Source: Candidatus Micrarchaeota archaeon (GTDB taxonomy: Archaea > Micrarchaeota > Micrarchaeia > Burarchaeales > JBFMAP01). From it: DNA of 64,000 bases. Positions 18,916 through 28,388 of the stretch are shown one piece after another. The stretch lies in the NCBI GenBank assembly GCA_964632135.1, contig CAZWEI010000001.1, positions 29,883 through 93,882 of the forward strand, written 5' to 3'. The notes beneath the pieces are model-generated. The model had not been told where the DNA came from. It did not search any database and saw only the letters and a list, made by a program, of their open reading frames with translations. A program made the translations under genes and the position numbers. The stretch's first letter is position 1; the number at the start of each line of letters is the position of its first letter.

Positions 18916-19488
18916 GTGATGTCGATGGCCGACGCTGCGCAAGTAAACCTATATGTTATCAGACACGGCCGGACGTGGGCGAACGTGCATGGCGTTTTCC
19001 CCAACGCTGGCTCGAGACTCACGCGCGAGGGCCTGGAGCAGGCGTGGTTGGTCCGGGATAAATTCAGAAAGATGAACGTGCTCATTGACACGATAATAGT
19101 AACGCCTACGCTGAGGGCGTGGGAAACGGCAGAACCCACGGTGGCGGGACAGATGAAAAAACCCCGCATAATAGTCGTACCTGGGCTGGCTGAAAAGGAC
19201 CCGGGCAGGGCGGCCGGGATGAGGATTCCGAACGGGTTCGAAGAAATAGACCGCGCATGCGTGAAACGCGGGGGCGAGAGCTGGGAGCAGTTCATTGAGC
19301 GAGTTGTAGGGACAGCCGGTAGACTTTTGAGGGACATTAGGGAGGGGAAACTCGGCGCTAACGTCGCGATATTCTCCCACTCGCTCTCGAACAGAATCCT
19401 CCTCGGGGTGATTGAGGGAAGGCGCGCGTGGGACTGCCTGCGCGGTAAGGGGCAGGAGAACGGCGCGATAAGGACAATCGAACTTTAG
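18916..19488 (+). CDS. histidine phosphatase superfamily protein (phosphoglycerate mutase-like)
   Basis: N-terminal RHGRTWAN catalytic motif, later ETAE and an H..SHS..NRILL segment. Confidence 0.65.
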   Translation: MMSMADAAQVNLYVIRHGRTWANVHGVFPNAGSRLTREGLEQAWLVRDKFRKMNVLIDTIIVTPTLRAWETAEPTVAGQMKKPRIIVVPGLAEKDPGRAAGMRIPNGFEEIDRACVKRGGESWEQFIERVVGTAGRLLRDIREGKLGANVAIFSHSLSNRILLGVIEGRRAWDCLRGKGQENGAIRTIEL

Positions 19489-19639
19489 ACGCCGTCGTTC
19501 GCCGTCGATAACTATTTATACCCGGCGCGCGCGAATATACTCGGAGCGAGGGGCCGACAGCTATCTCTTGGAAACAGGGGAGGAAGTTCTGCCCATCACG
19601 AAAGCAGAGTGGTCTAAGGCCGTAAATGGGAACAGAAAC

Positions 19640-21050
19640 GAGACTGCCCGGTTCAGATGAGGATGAAGCGATGAGATGTGCCGGCGCAGGTGAAACGAAT
19701 CCCATTGAATGCGAGATGTGTGATGCAAGACCTCGAAGGTCGCTCAGTCAGATGCTGTTGAAAACAAAAGGCAGACTATGGCCCTCCGCTCCGTGAATTA
19801 CCACCCGATAAATCGCGTGGCTTCTTCTTTCCTTGACGAAACCATTGTTTCGTCTCCAGAAGCGTTACTTCCCGTCGTTCCAACGGTAGCCCTGTTGAGT
19901 ATGTTTATTGCTGCATTTAGATCTCTATCCACGCGAAGCCCGCAGGAACGACAATGGTATATTCTGTCTTGAAGCGCCTTGTCAATCACTGCGCCGCAGC
20001 GGCTGCACGTTCTCGTAGTATTTTTAGGATTCACGAAAAATACCCTGCAACCGGCTCCCTCCGCCTTGTATGCAAGCATATTCGCAAACATATTCCAGCC
20101 AACATCATTTATTGCCTTTCCATATCTTCGCGTTGCCATCTCTTGAGAAGCCAATCTCTCCGTTGCTATCAGAGAATAGGAATTGACTAGCGAAGTTGAA
20201 AGTTTGTGAAGAAAATCCCTTCGACAATTGGCAATCGTTTCATGTTGTCTCGCAACTCTATTCTTTGCTTTAGTCCTGTTCCTGCTTCCTTTCTTGCACC
20301 TTGAAAGATGCCTTTGCAGAAAAGCAAGACGCGCCTCATGCTTTTTGAAATGCCTTGGGTTTTCGATTATTTTTCCATCTGATAGCGTCGCAAATTTTAA
20401 CAAACCCAGATCTACACCTACCATTTCTCCATCGTTTTTTCTCGGTTGTTTCTCTGGTTCTTCAACGCAAAAAATTGCGAACCATTTTCCAGAAGCTTCT
20501 CTTTTCAAAGTCAACGTCTTAATCATGCCATTTATTTCCCTGTGCTTTCTGATGAATATTTTTCCAAAAGGAGTAACTTTCAGTTTTTTAGCAAGTGAAA
20601 AACCCGTTTGTGGATAAACGAGGCTTTTCATTCTATCAGAGGACTTGAAACGCGGGAAACCTGGCTTTAGCCAATTCTTTTTCATCTCAATTTTTTTCCA
20701 TAGAGTATCAAGAAGCCGGTCAACAAGTTCCTGCCCAACCTGAGAATAGAGTCCGCTATTTTTCACCATCTCTCTCAGTGTTCTTTTTGTGGGAAACTTT
20801 CCATAGTTTTTGTACATCTCTTTTGTAAAAGCAAGCATTTCATTCCATAATTCTTTTGATAGCCATAGATGAGTGTTCATCTGTTTCTCTTGACTTCTTG
20901 TGGGGTATATGCGAAATTTGTATGCCCTCATAGCTTCTTCTTCTCTTATTCCGTTTAAATATACGGAGAAGCTCAGTAATTTTCCAGTGATAAACGCACC
21001 ATAAAAGAGATGCCTTGCCTATCTATTAAAACGGGTGAGAATTGGCGTCT
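19640..21050 (-). mobile_element. IS200/IS605-family insertion element (TnpB only, IS1341-like); approximate ends
   Basis: tnpB ORF at 19798-20931, lower GC than flanks, a subterminal hairpin (gacctcgaaggtc) 3' of tnpB where an omega RNA would lie. No tnpA. Confidence 0.5.
19798..20931 (-). CDS. tnpB: IS605 OrfB/TnpB family RNA-guided endonuclease-like transposase accessory protein
   Basis: N-terminal MRAYKFRIYPTRSQE; a RuvC-like segment (VGVDLGL, ...E...); C-terminal zinc finger CSRCG...CRSCG and RDLNAAINI. Confidence 0.9.
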   Translation of the reverse strand: MRAYKFRIYPTRSQEKQMNTHLWLSKELWNEMLAFTKEMYKNYGKFPTKRTLREMVKNSGLYSQVGQELVDRLLDTLWKKIEMKKNWLKPGFPRFKSSDRMKSLVYPQTGFSLAKKLKVTPFGKIFIRKHREINGMIKTLTLKREASGKWFAIFCVEEPEKQPRKNDGEMVGVDLGLLKFATLSDGKIIENPRHFKKHEARLAFLQRHLSRCKKGSRNRTKAKNRVARQHETIANCRRDFLHKLSTSLVNSYSLIATERLASQEMATRRYGKAINDVGWNMFANMLAYKAEGAGCRVFFVNPKNTTRTCSRCGAVIDKALQDRIYHCRSCGLRVDRDLNAAINILNRATVGTTGSNASGDETMVSSRKEEATRFIGW

Positions 21051-21108
21051 ATCATATATCTAGTTCCTGTAACTTATTTTTAAATGTTATTCGCGAAAAT
21101 ACTTCTGT

Positions 21109-21274
21109 GCCAAGGTAACTCAGCCTGGTTAGAGTGCCAGAACTTTTCTTTGCAAAAAGAAAAGCGCGCGAAACTCATAAGCACAGCTTTGTGAGTAATG
21201 AGCCCTTGCGGCAATGATGTGCGAAGCAACCAGGTGAAATCTGGAAGTCGCGAGTTCAAATCTCGCCCTTGGCA
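21109..21274 (+). tRNA. intron-containing tRNA (about 92-nt intron in the anticodon arm); isotype unresolved (Lys-UUU-like or non-canonical)
   Basis: Acceptor GCCAAGG/CCTTGGC+A73; D arm ACTC-AGCCTGGTTA-GAGT; anticodon stem CCAGA ... TCTGG split by the intron (which contains a 9-bp hairpin cttttcttt/aaagaaaag); variable loop AAGTC; T arm GCGAG-TTCAAAT-CTCGC. No encoded CCA. Confidence 0.6.
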
Positions 21275-21285
21275 CTTTTATTTTT

Positions 21286-21804
21286 TCACTTGTACGCTTC
21301 AAGCAGCTGCACTGCTTCTTCATTTCCTGCAAGAGTTATCTGGAGTTTTTGAGCCAGTTCCTTTGCTTCGCCTGCGTCCAGAATCCGTTCGGTCACAGTC
21401 TCAGTCTTCCCATCGTAGTACATGTACGATAGCATCGGATTTGCGGGTATCCCTTTCTCATTCGTGATGAACTCCAAGGAGTTCGTAGTATTGGCAACCG
21501 CTTCCATTTCCTTTCCGCTAACCTGAATTACATTCAAGTTCATCTGGTCATTTGAATAATCAAGACCTGGCTGGTGGTCGGCAAATTTTGCAACATTGAA
21601 TCTCACTCCAATGCCAATTGACGGGATTATTTTCTTCTGCGGCCCGACCCAGGTTAATTTAATCTGGTCCTTGCTCAAGTCTCCCGCCTTGCTTAGGTCT
21701 TCCGCTGACGCAGTGGCGTTCACTCCAGTCTCTCCTGTCTGAGTGCACCCAATCAAAATCGCAAGCAAAAGCAAAACCGATGCAATCAGAATTTTTCCGT
21801 TCAT
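21286..21804 (-). CDS. secreted lipoprotein-like hypothetical protein
   Basis: Start at MNGKILIASVLLLLAILIGCTQ (lipobox-like LIGC). Confidence 0.4.
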   Translation of the reverse strand: MNGKILIASVLLLLAILIGCTQTGETGVNATASAEDLSKAGDLSKDQIKLTWVGPQKKIIPSIGIGVRFNVAKFADHQPGLDYSNDQMNLNVIQVSGKEMEAVANTTNSLEFITNEKGIPANPMLSYMYYDGKTETVTERILDAGEAKELAQKLQITLAGNEEAVQLLEAYK

Positions 21805-21817
21805 TCGTCTCACCAGG

Positions 21818-22963
21818 TCATTTTTTCGGCACTGCGAATCCGTGGTTCTTGCCCCAGTTGTCCACCGCATCCTTGAAAATCGGTGAGGGTGGCTTGTAAG
21901 ACCCGCCAACCCTGGATGCGCCTGCCCCGCCCTTTACCTGCGTAAACTCCCATGCAATGCATCCGTAATACGCCCCTGCGTCAGCGCCTTGCGCGCAGAA
22001 CGCGCACACCTCGAATTCATAGGATATTCTTGAAACGTTTTTGCCCCACTTTGCTTCAAGAGTAGTGAAGTCTCCTGGGAGGATTCTTGGGGCATCGTAC
22101 ATTGTTGCATTCAGGTTCCCAGCGTGCTTTCCCTGCTTCCCTACCTTGTCGCTTGCATCATCCCCGTTATAGTACGGGTCATTCTCTCCATTGATGTAAT
22201 CTATCACGCACTTCCCCCACACTCCTCCGTCCACCTCGTCCGCATCCTGGAATACCCATTTTGGGGAGGAGTCGCTCTGGTGCTCGAAATATTTATTAGT
22301 TCCATCCTGGAAATAAGCGCGAGAGCATACCACCTGCATGAAAACGATTTTTGTGCAGTTCTCTATGCAAACCGGAGCATAGGTCAGGTTGATTTCACTT
22401 CCCTGGCTAACTCCGGTCACGTTTGCGTACTCTGTTACTCTGGGTGGCACAACTGCTGGAGGCGGCGCCACCGGCGGCTGCACTGGCGGCGGCGCCACCA
22501 CGCCGCCATCGTCTTTTTTCTTTCCCTCCCATTCACAGCTTCCCCCCTCAATGGATTTGACGGTCTTCCCGGCATCGCTTTCAACTATCAATCCATTCCA
22601 TTCATACTCTACAAGCTTCCCGGTAACAGGGCAGGGGATTATTGCAACGGCAATCAGTTTATCCCCTTCAATGCGCCCGCTCACGGTCCCGCTGGCGGTT
22701 TCGGATTCCAGCTCCCCTTTCACCTCGTTCCCGGCCACGGTCAGCGTCATTGCACCTTCCGTGGCATAATCCAAGCCGGACAACTGGCATCTCCATCCGC
22801 CATCCCACTCGCCCTCGTTTCCAGAAGCATTTCCAGAGTTCGCAGTTTCTTCCTTCGCATACTGGGAGTCGTCGTAGTAAGTCTGGCCGCTGATGGCGAG
22901 TGCAAAAATGAAAAGAAGCGCTATAAATACGAGAAACAAGAAAGGCCTGGGCGTGGCATTCAT
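21818..22963 (-). CDS. secreted hypothetical protein with Pro-rich linker
   Basis: Signal peptide, a PPPVQPPVAPPPAVVPP linker, a Cys-containing C-terminal domain. Confidence 0.4.
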   Translation of the reverse strand: MNATPRPFLFLVFIALLFIFALAISGQTYYDDSQYAKEETANSGNASGNEGEWDGGWRCQLSGLDYATEGAMTLTVAGNEVKGELESETASGTVSGRIEGDKLIAVAIIPCPVTGKLVEYEWNGLIVESDAGKTVKSIEGGSCEWEGKKKDDGGVVAPPPVQPPVAPPPAVVPPRVTEYANVTGVSQGSEINLTYAPVCIENCTKIVFMQVVCSRAYFQDGTNKYFEHQSDSSPKWVFQDADEVDGGVWGKCVIDYINGENDPYYNGDDASDKVGKQGKHAGNLNATMYDAPRILPGDFTTLEAKWGKNVSRISYEFEVCAFCAQGADAGAYYGCIAWEFTQVKGGAGASRVGGSYKPPSPIFKDAVDNWGKNHGFAVPKK

Positions 22964-23054
22964 GCGATAGTGTTATTGGCCGTGATTTAAAAACGTTCGG
23001 TTGCATCTTTTCGCGCGCGAGATTCGACCCAGTTCACAGCCCCCAGCCCACAGC

Positions 23055-23064
23055 CCGGCCCACA
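23055..23064. repeat. 10-bp target-site duplication CCGGCCCACA (left copy)
   Basis: Identical 10-mer at 29618-29627, each directly abutting a terminal inverted repeat. Confidence 0.6.
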
Positions 23065-23079
23065 AGCTTTGCACACAAA

Positions 23080-24372
23080 TCAAACACTTTCCACAACGCC
23101 GTCCCGATTTATGTGCAGCCTCGGGAATAAATGTGCGAACTCCTTGAAATCAGCAGCTATGCCGAGCTCGTGTATCTCGTGGATGAGGACGACCACGTTG
23201 TGGCATAGCACCTTCGCAAGCGCCTCGTTCACCTGCCCGGCCTCGTTCTTGAGCATCAGCCTGCCGTTGAACTTCCTCTTCAGCATGCTGAACGTCGTCT
23301 CGACGTTGGAGCGCTGGTGGTAGTGGCTGTAGAAGCGCTCCTGGTTGAGCTTGAAGTAATAGAACATTTTCGCCCATGCCTTGGAGCCCAGCTTGTTCGG
23401 CGCTGCGTTCTCCTTGAAGGGGATGTAGGGGGTAGCCCCGAAATCCCACGCCAGCTGCATGTTCGCCCTCGAAGAATACCCCATGTCGGCGCAAACTTCC
23501 CTTATCTTGAAATTTTTTGCGGTCTCCTTGACGAGAACAGGGAATTGGGGGCAATCGTTCCTGCTGCCGTCCGTAACAACCACATGCGTTACGATGTTGG
23601 TTTTGGTCCCGCAGATCAGGTGGACCTTCAGCCAGTCCTTGACCCTCTTGTCGCCGTTGAACCTGTAGTCGAGCCAGCGGGAATAGAAGGCGCTTGAAAG
23701 GCCGCTTGCGTCGACTGCGAACGTGCTCTCGAAATCCCGCAGGGGCAGCGCCGAAATCTGTATCAGGGCGGTCAGGACGGGCGTCAGCTCCTCCTTGTTG
23801 AGATAGCCCAGCAGCGTGTTGAAGTGGGGCACGCGGCTTAGGTAGCCCCTTCCCTTGGCAATCTCCAAGTCGGAGTTGAGGCGCCGGGACGAAAGCATCT
23901 CGTAGGTCTTGCAGACCGAGGCGAAGACCATCTCCCGCAGCGGCATCGGAGGCCTGCCCGCCCCCTTGTTCGGCACTTCCGGGATGAGCTCCGCGAGCTG
24001 GCTGAGCAGGTCGAGGAACATGAGCTTCTCCTGCGTCTGCGCCTCGTTGTAGGCAGGCCAGTTCTGCTTCGGCTGCGGGACGGGGACGGGCCTGCCGGTC
24101 TCAATTGTGGCCTGCGCAAAGCTCTCCGGCTCGCCGCTTTCAACCTTCCTGTTCAGGAGGAAGGCACGGCAGGCCTTGATGTGCCCGCAGTCCTCGCGGC
24201 TATTCAAGAAAGCAGCGCAGTTGCAGATCCAGCAGTTCGGCGTCTTCACTATGACGGCCTCCCCGGCGGGTTCATTGATAGAGAAGATATAGTGCCCCCT
24301 GTGGGCGCGGAGCAGCACTACCCCCGAAGAGCCGCGATATTTGCAGGGCGTTTGGTCAGTCGTGTTATACAC
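23080..24372 (-). CDS. IS4/IS5-superfamily DDE transposase with N-terminal SWIM-type zinc finger
   Basis: CWICNCAAF...CGHIKAC (CxCxnCxH); DDE segments FAVDASG and CADMGYSS; C-terminal Y-x2-R-x3-E-x6-K signature (YHQRSNVETTFSMLKRKF). Confidence 0.8.
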   Translation of the reverse strand: MYNTTDQTPCKYRGSSGVVLLRAHRGHYIFSINEPAGEAVIVKTPNCWICNCAAFLNSREDCGHIKACRAFLLNRKVESGEPESFAQATIETGRPVPVPQPKQNWPAYNEAQTQEKLMFLDLLSQLAELIPEVPNKGAGRPPMPLREMVFASVCKTYEMLSSRRLNSDLEIAKGRGYLSRVPHFNTLLGYLNKEELTPVLTALIQISALPLRDFESTFAVDASGLSSAFYSRWLDYRFNGDKRVKDWLKVHLICGTKTNIVTHVVVTDGSRNDCPQFPVLVKETAKNFKIREVCADMGYSSRANMQLAWDFGATPYIPFKENAAPNKLGSKAWAKMFYYFKLNQERFYSHYHQRSNVETTFSMLKRKFNGRLMLKNEAGQVNEALAKVLCHNVVVLIHEIHELGIAADFKEFAHLFPRLHINRDGVVESV

Positions 24373-24445
24373 CTTTTAGTATATTACTAATAGGTATATG
24401 TGAACCTACATGTTTATATACCTTTTGGTAACATATCAATAGTAT

Positions 24446-24604
24446 ATGCCTAAGGTCAAACTTGAAGGTTACGGGTGCGAACGATGTGGACACGAGTGGC
24501 TTCCAAGGAAGACTTCGGAGAGAGAACCAAGGGTGTGTCCGAAGTGCAAATCACCGTATTGGGATAGACCCCGCCGTAAGGAGGCAAAAAAGAAAAATCC
24601 GTAA
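24446..24604 (+). CDS. 52-aa C4 zinc-ribbon protein (below the ORF-track length cutoff)
   Basis: ATG at 24446; encodes MPKVKLEGYGCERCGHEWLPRKTSEREPRVCPKCKSPYWDRPRRKEAKKKNP, with a CxxC pair at each end and a basic tail. It overlaps the out-of-frame listed ORF 24462-24644. Confidence 0.4.
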   Translation: MPKVKLEGYGCERCGHEWLPRKTSEREPRVCPKCKSPYWDRPRRKEAKKKNP

Positions 24605-24738
24605 TGCTCCGACCTGTCGCGTGTTTGGACACTCCTGCTCATGACTCGTTCATTGTGCGGGGTGTCCTTACCGCTTCACACCCTCTTCGTTAAATCCTAT
24701 ACACGCCAACAGTTTATCGTGATTACGGATTTTTCGCG

Positions 24739-25056
24739 TTATTTTTTCACTGCTCCCTTTTCGAGAATATCGAAAAATTTGTCGCCTAACTTTTTGATTT
24801 GTTCCCAATCCCCCTTGTCTTTGATATTAAGCCGATTAACCTGCGTTATTGGGTCTTTTTCGTCGTTAGGTATAACCTTCAAAACACCCAGATCCCGTTT
24901 TACGCTACCCTTTATCTTGCCTTTCGCTATGCGTATTTTGCGTTCATGAGAATTATCGTCTTCTATGATGCCTACTACTACCGCCCACATCCCGCCGAGA
25001 GGAATTATCTCCCACTGAACCCAATGCGAACCGAATTGGTTTTCTTTTGCCACCAT
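24739..25056 (-). CDS. hypothetical protein (transposon cargo)
   Basis: 105-aa ORF inside the transposon. No recognisable motifs. Confidence 0.25.
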   Translation of the reverse strand: MVAKENQFGSHWVQWEIIPLGGMWAVVVGIIEDDNSHERKIRIAKGKIKGSVKRDLGVLKVIPNDEKDPITQVNRLNIKDKGDWEQIKKLGDKFFDILEKGAVKK

Positions 25057-25331
25057 CTCTATCCCCCCTATCCCTCTCTCTATTACATATATATTCCGTT
25101 GAGCGACCCATTTGTTATTTAAACCTCTCCGCCCTAATTATCTCGAAGCGACCCCCGCGATTCGAACGCGGATTTGGATGGTGCCGTTGGCGAGGCTTTA
25201 CATATCCATCCCGTCTTTCCGCTTAGACGAGGGGCGCGCTCTGATGCCATACAGTAGGCATCTGGAGTATTTAAATGTTTCGGAAGCCCCGAAGCGTATA
25301 CGAACGCGCCGAAAGAAATGAGGTGATTGAA

Positions 25332-25763
25332 ATGATGCTGATTCCATCGTTGCCGTCGCACTTGAAGCCAGAGGTAATCGCCCTACTTACGGCAAGTAGG
25401 CAAAAAATATTGATTGAATTGCTACAAGAAGAACAAACGCTTAGCAGGTTAGCCGAACGCGTTTCCATCAACATCCAACCGTCCTCCCTTTTTGAGTCGC
25501 TTGATATCCTTGAAAAGAACGGTCTTGTTAAAAAAGACAAGAACAAAGTATATTCGATAACGAAAGATGGCATGTTGGTAGGACTTATTCTTTTGAAACC
25601 CAACGGTATAAAAGAGAATAAGATTAGAGAACTACTCGATAAGGTTCTAAGGGACGAATTCTGTGTTTTGGATGAGGAGGAGAGGAGAGATTTAATAGAC
25701 AATTTCAGGCAACTTGGGGAACATATAACCGAAACGAAAAAAGAAGCGTGCGAAGAGACTTGA
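25332..25763 (+). CDS. winged-helix transcriptional regulator-like protein (possible controller of the RM cargo)
   Basis: ASRQKILIELLQEEQTLSRLAERVSI...LEKNGLVKK is an ArsR/MarR-like wHTH. Located directly upstream of the methyltransferase. Confidence 0.4.
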   Translation: MMLIPSLPSHLKPEVIALLTASRQKILIELLQEEQTLSRLAERVSINIQPSSLFESLDILEKNGLVKKDKNKVYSITKDGMLVGLILLKPNGIKENKIRELLDKVLRDEFCVLDEEERRDLIDNFRQLGEHITETKKEACEET

Positions 25764-25890
25764 TAGACCCAATCAACCAATAGGCGACGAACAGTCAAAA
25801 CCGCCAAAATCCACCGAAGGCGCGCCAGCACCACCGGCCAAGGCATGATTTAAATTAGTTAGTGGTTTACTCTTAATTTGCCTCGGGGAT

Positions 25891-26880
25891 TTGCTTATGA
25901 TCATGCATACCGTTATCGAGCTGTTCGCAGGCGCAGGAGGATTGGCCTTGGGCTTAGAGCGGGCAGGTTTGAAGACAAAACTCCTTATAGAGATAGACAA
26001 GGATTGCGTGGCTACACTCAGAAAAAACAGGCCAGGGTGGAATGCGCAGCAGACGGACATAAAAGAATTCGACTTCACCGGCATGACTGCGGACGTGGTC
26101 TCCGGCGGCTTCCCGTGCCAGGCCTTCAGCTATGCCGGCAAAAAGCTCGGCTTCAACGATGTCCGCGGGACGCTGTTCTTCGAGTTCGCACGCTGCATCA
26201 AGGAAGTCAGGCCGAAGGTTTTCCTCGCAGAAAACGTGGCCGGGCTCCCGAGCCATGACCATGGGCGCACGTTGAAGACAATGCTCAGCATCCTTGAGAA
26301 CGAGGTCGATCACTACGATGTGCAATGTAAAGTCCTCAATGCATGGGATTACGGCGTAGCACAGAAGAGGAAGAGGATATTCATTATAGGGACAGAACCA
26401 GGCTGCTCATTCAGTTATCCGCAAAAACAGGAGCCAAGGCTTGTGCTTAGGGACGCGCTTCGGAATGTCCCTTCCTCCCCAGGGGCAGCCTTTTCTCCGC
26501 GAAGGAAGGAAATACTCGGCCATGTCCCACCAGGGGGCTCTTGGGTTAACCTCCCCATCGAACTTCAGAAGGAATACATGGGTGCAAGCTTCACATCCGG
26601 TGGAGGGCGGAGGGGGATGGCACGGAGGATCTCCTGGGATGAGCCTTCCTTGACCTTAACGTGCTCACCGACGCAAAAGCAGACTGACAGGATACACCCG
26701 GAGGAGACGCGGCCTTTCACGGTTAGGGAGTACGCAAGGATACAGAGTTTCCCAGACGACTGGGAGTTTTGCGGGTCGGTTGTTTCACAATATAGGCAGA
26801 TAGGCAATGCGGTGCCGGTAAACCTCGCCGAGGCAGTAGGCCGGAGCATCATAAATGCGCTTGAGGAGCTTTGCTCTTAA
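25891..26880 (+). CDS. dcm: DNA (cytosine-5)-methyltransferase
   Basis: Motif I FAGAGG, motif IV GGFPCQAFS, motif VI ENV, motif VIII QKRKR, motif X GNAVP. Confidence 0.9.
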   Translation: MLMIMHTVIELFAGAGGLALGLERAGLKTKLLIEIDKDCVATLRKNRPGWNAQQTDIKEFDFTGMTADVVSGGFPCQAFSYAGKKLGFNDVRGTLFFEFARCIKEVRPKVFLAENVAGLPSHDHGRTLKTMLSILENEVDHYDVQCKVLNAWDYGVAQKRKRIFIIGTEPGCSFSYPQKQEPRLVLRDALRNVPSSPGAAFSPRRKEILGHVPPGGSWVNLPIELQKEYMGASFTSGGGRRGMARRISWDEPSLTLTCSPTQKQTDRIHPEETRPFTVREYARIQSFPDDWEFCGSVVSQYRQIGNAVPVNLAEAVGRSIINALEELCS

Positions 26881-26893
26881 AATCCATCTGCTC

Positions 26894-28345
26894 CTAAACT
26901 ACTGCTTGATGGGGTTTAAGCCTCCATGCAGCTTTACTTCCACCCTTCTCTGGAACTCTTTCAATAATCCCTCTATTTGAAAGAGCAATAAAACAGCGCT
27001 TAACCTGATTTTCTGAACCTATCCCTGTGATTTCTCTTGCTGTTTTGTTATTAATTTCGTGATTGTGTTTTAAGAATTCCAAGATTTGTTCTTCGGGAGT
27101 AGCGAGTGTTTGGTGAGGTAGAATTACAATTACTCGATTATCCTTAACAATTATCGTTGGTTCTTTAAGTCTCACAGCTCTCATTTTTTGAAAGGCAGTA
27201 TTTAGTCCTTCTCCAATATCCTTGTTAGGTGGTTCTGGATACTTGTTAAGAAGCCTAACTATTTTTGGATTTCTTGAGAAACGCTCTTGTAAAATATTGT
27301 CTTTAGTAATATGTCCTGGCAAACCACCCGGGCTATGGACTTCGATGCGATTATTAAAAATAAATACTAACACGTCATCCGAAATATTATAGTCCCTGTG
27401 GATTATAGCATTAACGAGGATTTCTTTAATGGCTTCGGGGGGATATTTGGCTTTTTCTAATCCAGCCGCACCCATGATTGGAACTGATTCGACCATTTGC
27501 TGGATTATACCTATACTTTGTTCTATTTGGTCATATAAATTTGCTTCCACTGTTTCTTGTCTTTCCAGATGTTCTCGGGTTGGCTCTGCATCAGATGTCT
27601 TATACCGAGTTATTTTTACTGCACATTTTTTAGGTAATGCGGCGGATGGAACTTCGTCATACAACAAGATTGAGCCATACGTTGGTTTTTCTGAACCCGA
27701 CTCACCACTGATTAATCTCTGCTTTTTTAGAAAAGTTTCTGGTCCGGTTCTGGGAGAATACTCTTGTAAGAATCGATTCAAAGGTTTAGCGGAATATAAC
27801 CCTTCCAGGTTATAACTTTCAACGGATTGATTTTCATAGGATGTGGCGCCCTTTGATAAACTGAGATTAAGAATGGCATCGCCAGTAATCTCAAGACATT
27901 GCGCCCCTTTTCTAACATACACCTTATTGTCAGAAGTATAATGAACCTTTGGGCTTTTTTGTATTGTTACTTTGAGGACTTTTCCTAATTCAGGATGTAC
28001 ATTAACGGGATAATATTCAAAATAAAGACTATCAAGTGACGGTCTAATATCGATTAGATTTTGAATCGATGCGTTGGCTTCCTCTTGTTCTTTGAATCCG
28101 TCCCATCTACCAAAAATCCCTGGTGGGGCGGTTGTGTCGCGTTTGTCAATTATTCCTATAAAAATTTCTCCACCATCTGCATTAGCAAAAGCAACGGCTT
28201 TTTTCTGTAATGTCCTTCCATCACCTTGTTTTCTTGTCGCATCAAAGAAGTGGCTTTCCTCCTGATTAAGAAAAGTAATGGCTTCACTTTCGTTTATGGT
28301 GATTTCTTCAAACATAACATAACCCGTTTGAACCTGCTCCCACAA
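26894..28345 (-). CDS. AlbA_2 (Schlafen-like divergent AAA) plus HATPase_c_4 domain protein; putative ATP-binding regulator or defence-associated protein
   Basis: C-terminal EILVNAIIHRDYNISDDVLVFIFNNRIEVHSPGGLP is the hallmark of HATPase_c_4. The N-terminal region fits AlbA_2-type proteins. Confidence 0.55.
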   Translation of the reverse strand: MWEQVQTGYVMFEEITINESEAITFLNQEESHFFDATRKQGDGRTLQKKAVAFANADGGEIFIGIIDKRDTTAPPGIFGRWDGFKEQEEANASIQNLIDIRPSLDSLYFEYYPVNVHPELGKVLKVTIQKSPKVHYTSDNKVYVRKGAQCLEITGDAILNLSLSKGATSYENQSVESYNLEGLYSAKPLNRFLQEYSPRTGPETFLKKQRLISGESGSEKPTYGSILLYDEVPSAALPKKCAVKITRYKTSDAEPTREHLERQETVEANLYDQIEQSIGIIQQMVESVPIMGAAGLEKAKYPPEAIKEILVNAIIHRDYNISDDVLVFIFNNRIEVHSPGGLPGHITKDNILQERFSRNPKIVRLLNKYPEPPNKDIGEGLNTAFQKMRAVRLKEPTIIVKDNRVIVILPHQTLATPEEQILEFLKHNHEINNKTAREITGIGSENQVKRCFIALSNRGIIERVPEKGGSKAAWRLKPHQAVV

Positions 28346-28388
28346 GTTAGTCTGGTGTAAATCGATTACTTAATCGATTGTCTTGTGT

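Noticed and set aside
20940-21108. Possible tnpA (IS200-type Y1 transposase) next to tnpB
   Set aside because: No ORF of suitable size or HuH motif lies between tnpB and the tRNA or elsewhere nearby. The element is called TnpB-only.
23150-24143. ORFs 23150-23554 (-), 23317-23697 (+), 23838-24143 (-) inside the transposase gene
   Set aside because: Out-of-frame or antisense to the 430-aa transposase ORF, which has clear DDE and YREK motifs. Arg/Pro-rich compositions are typical of GC-rich shadow frames.
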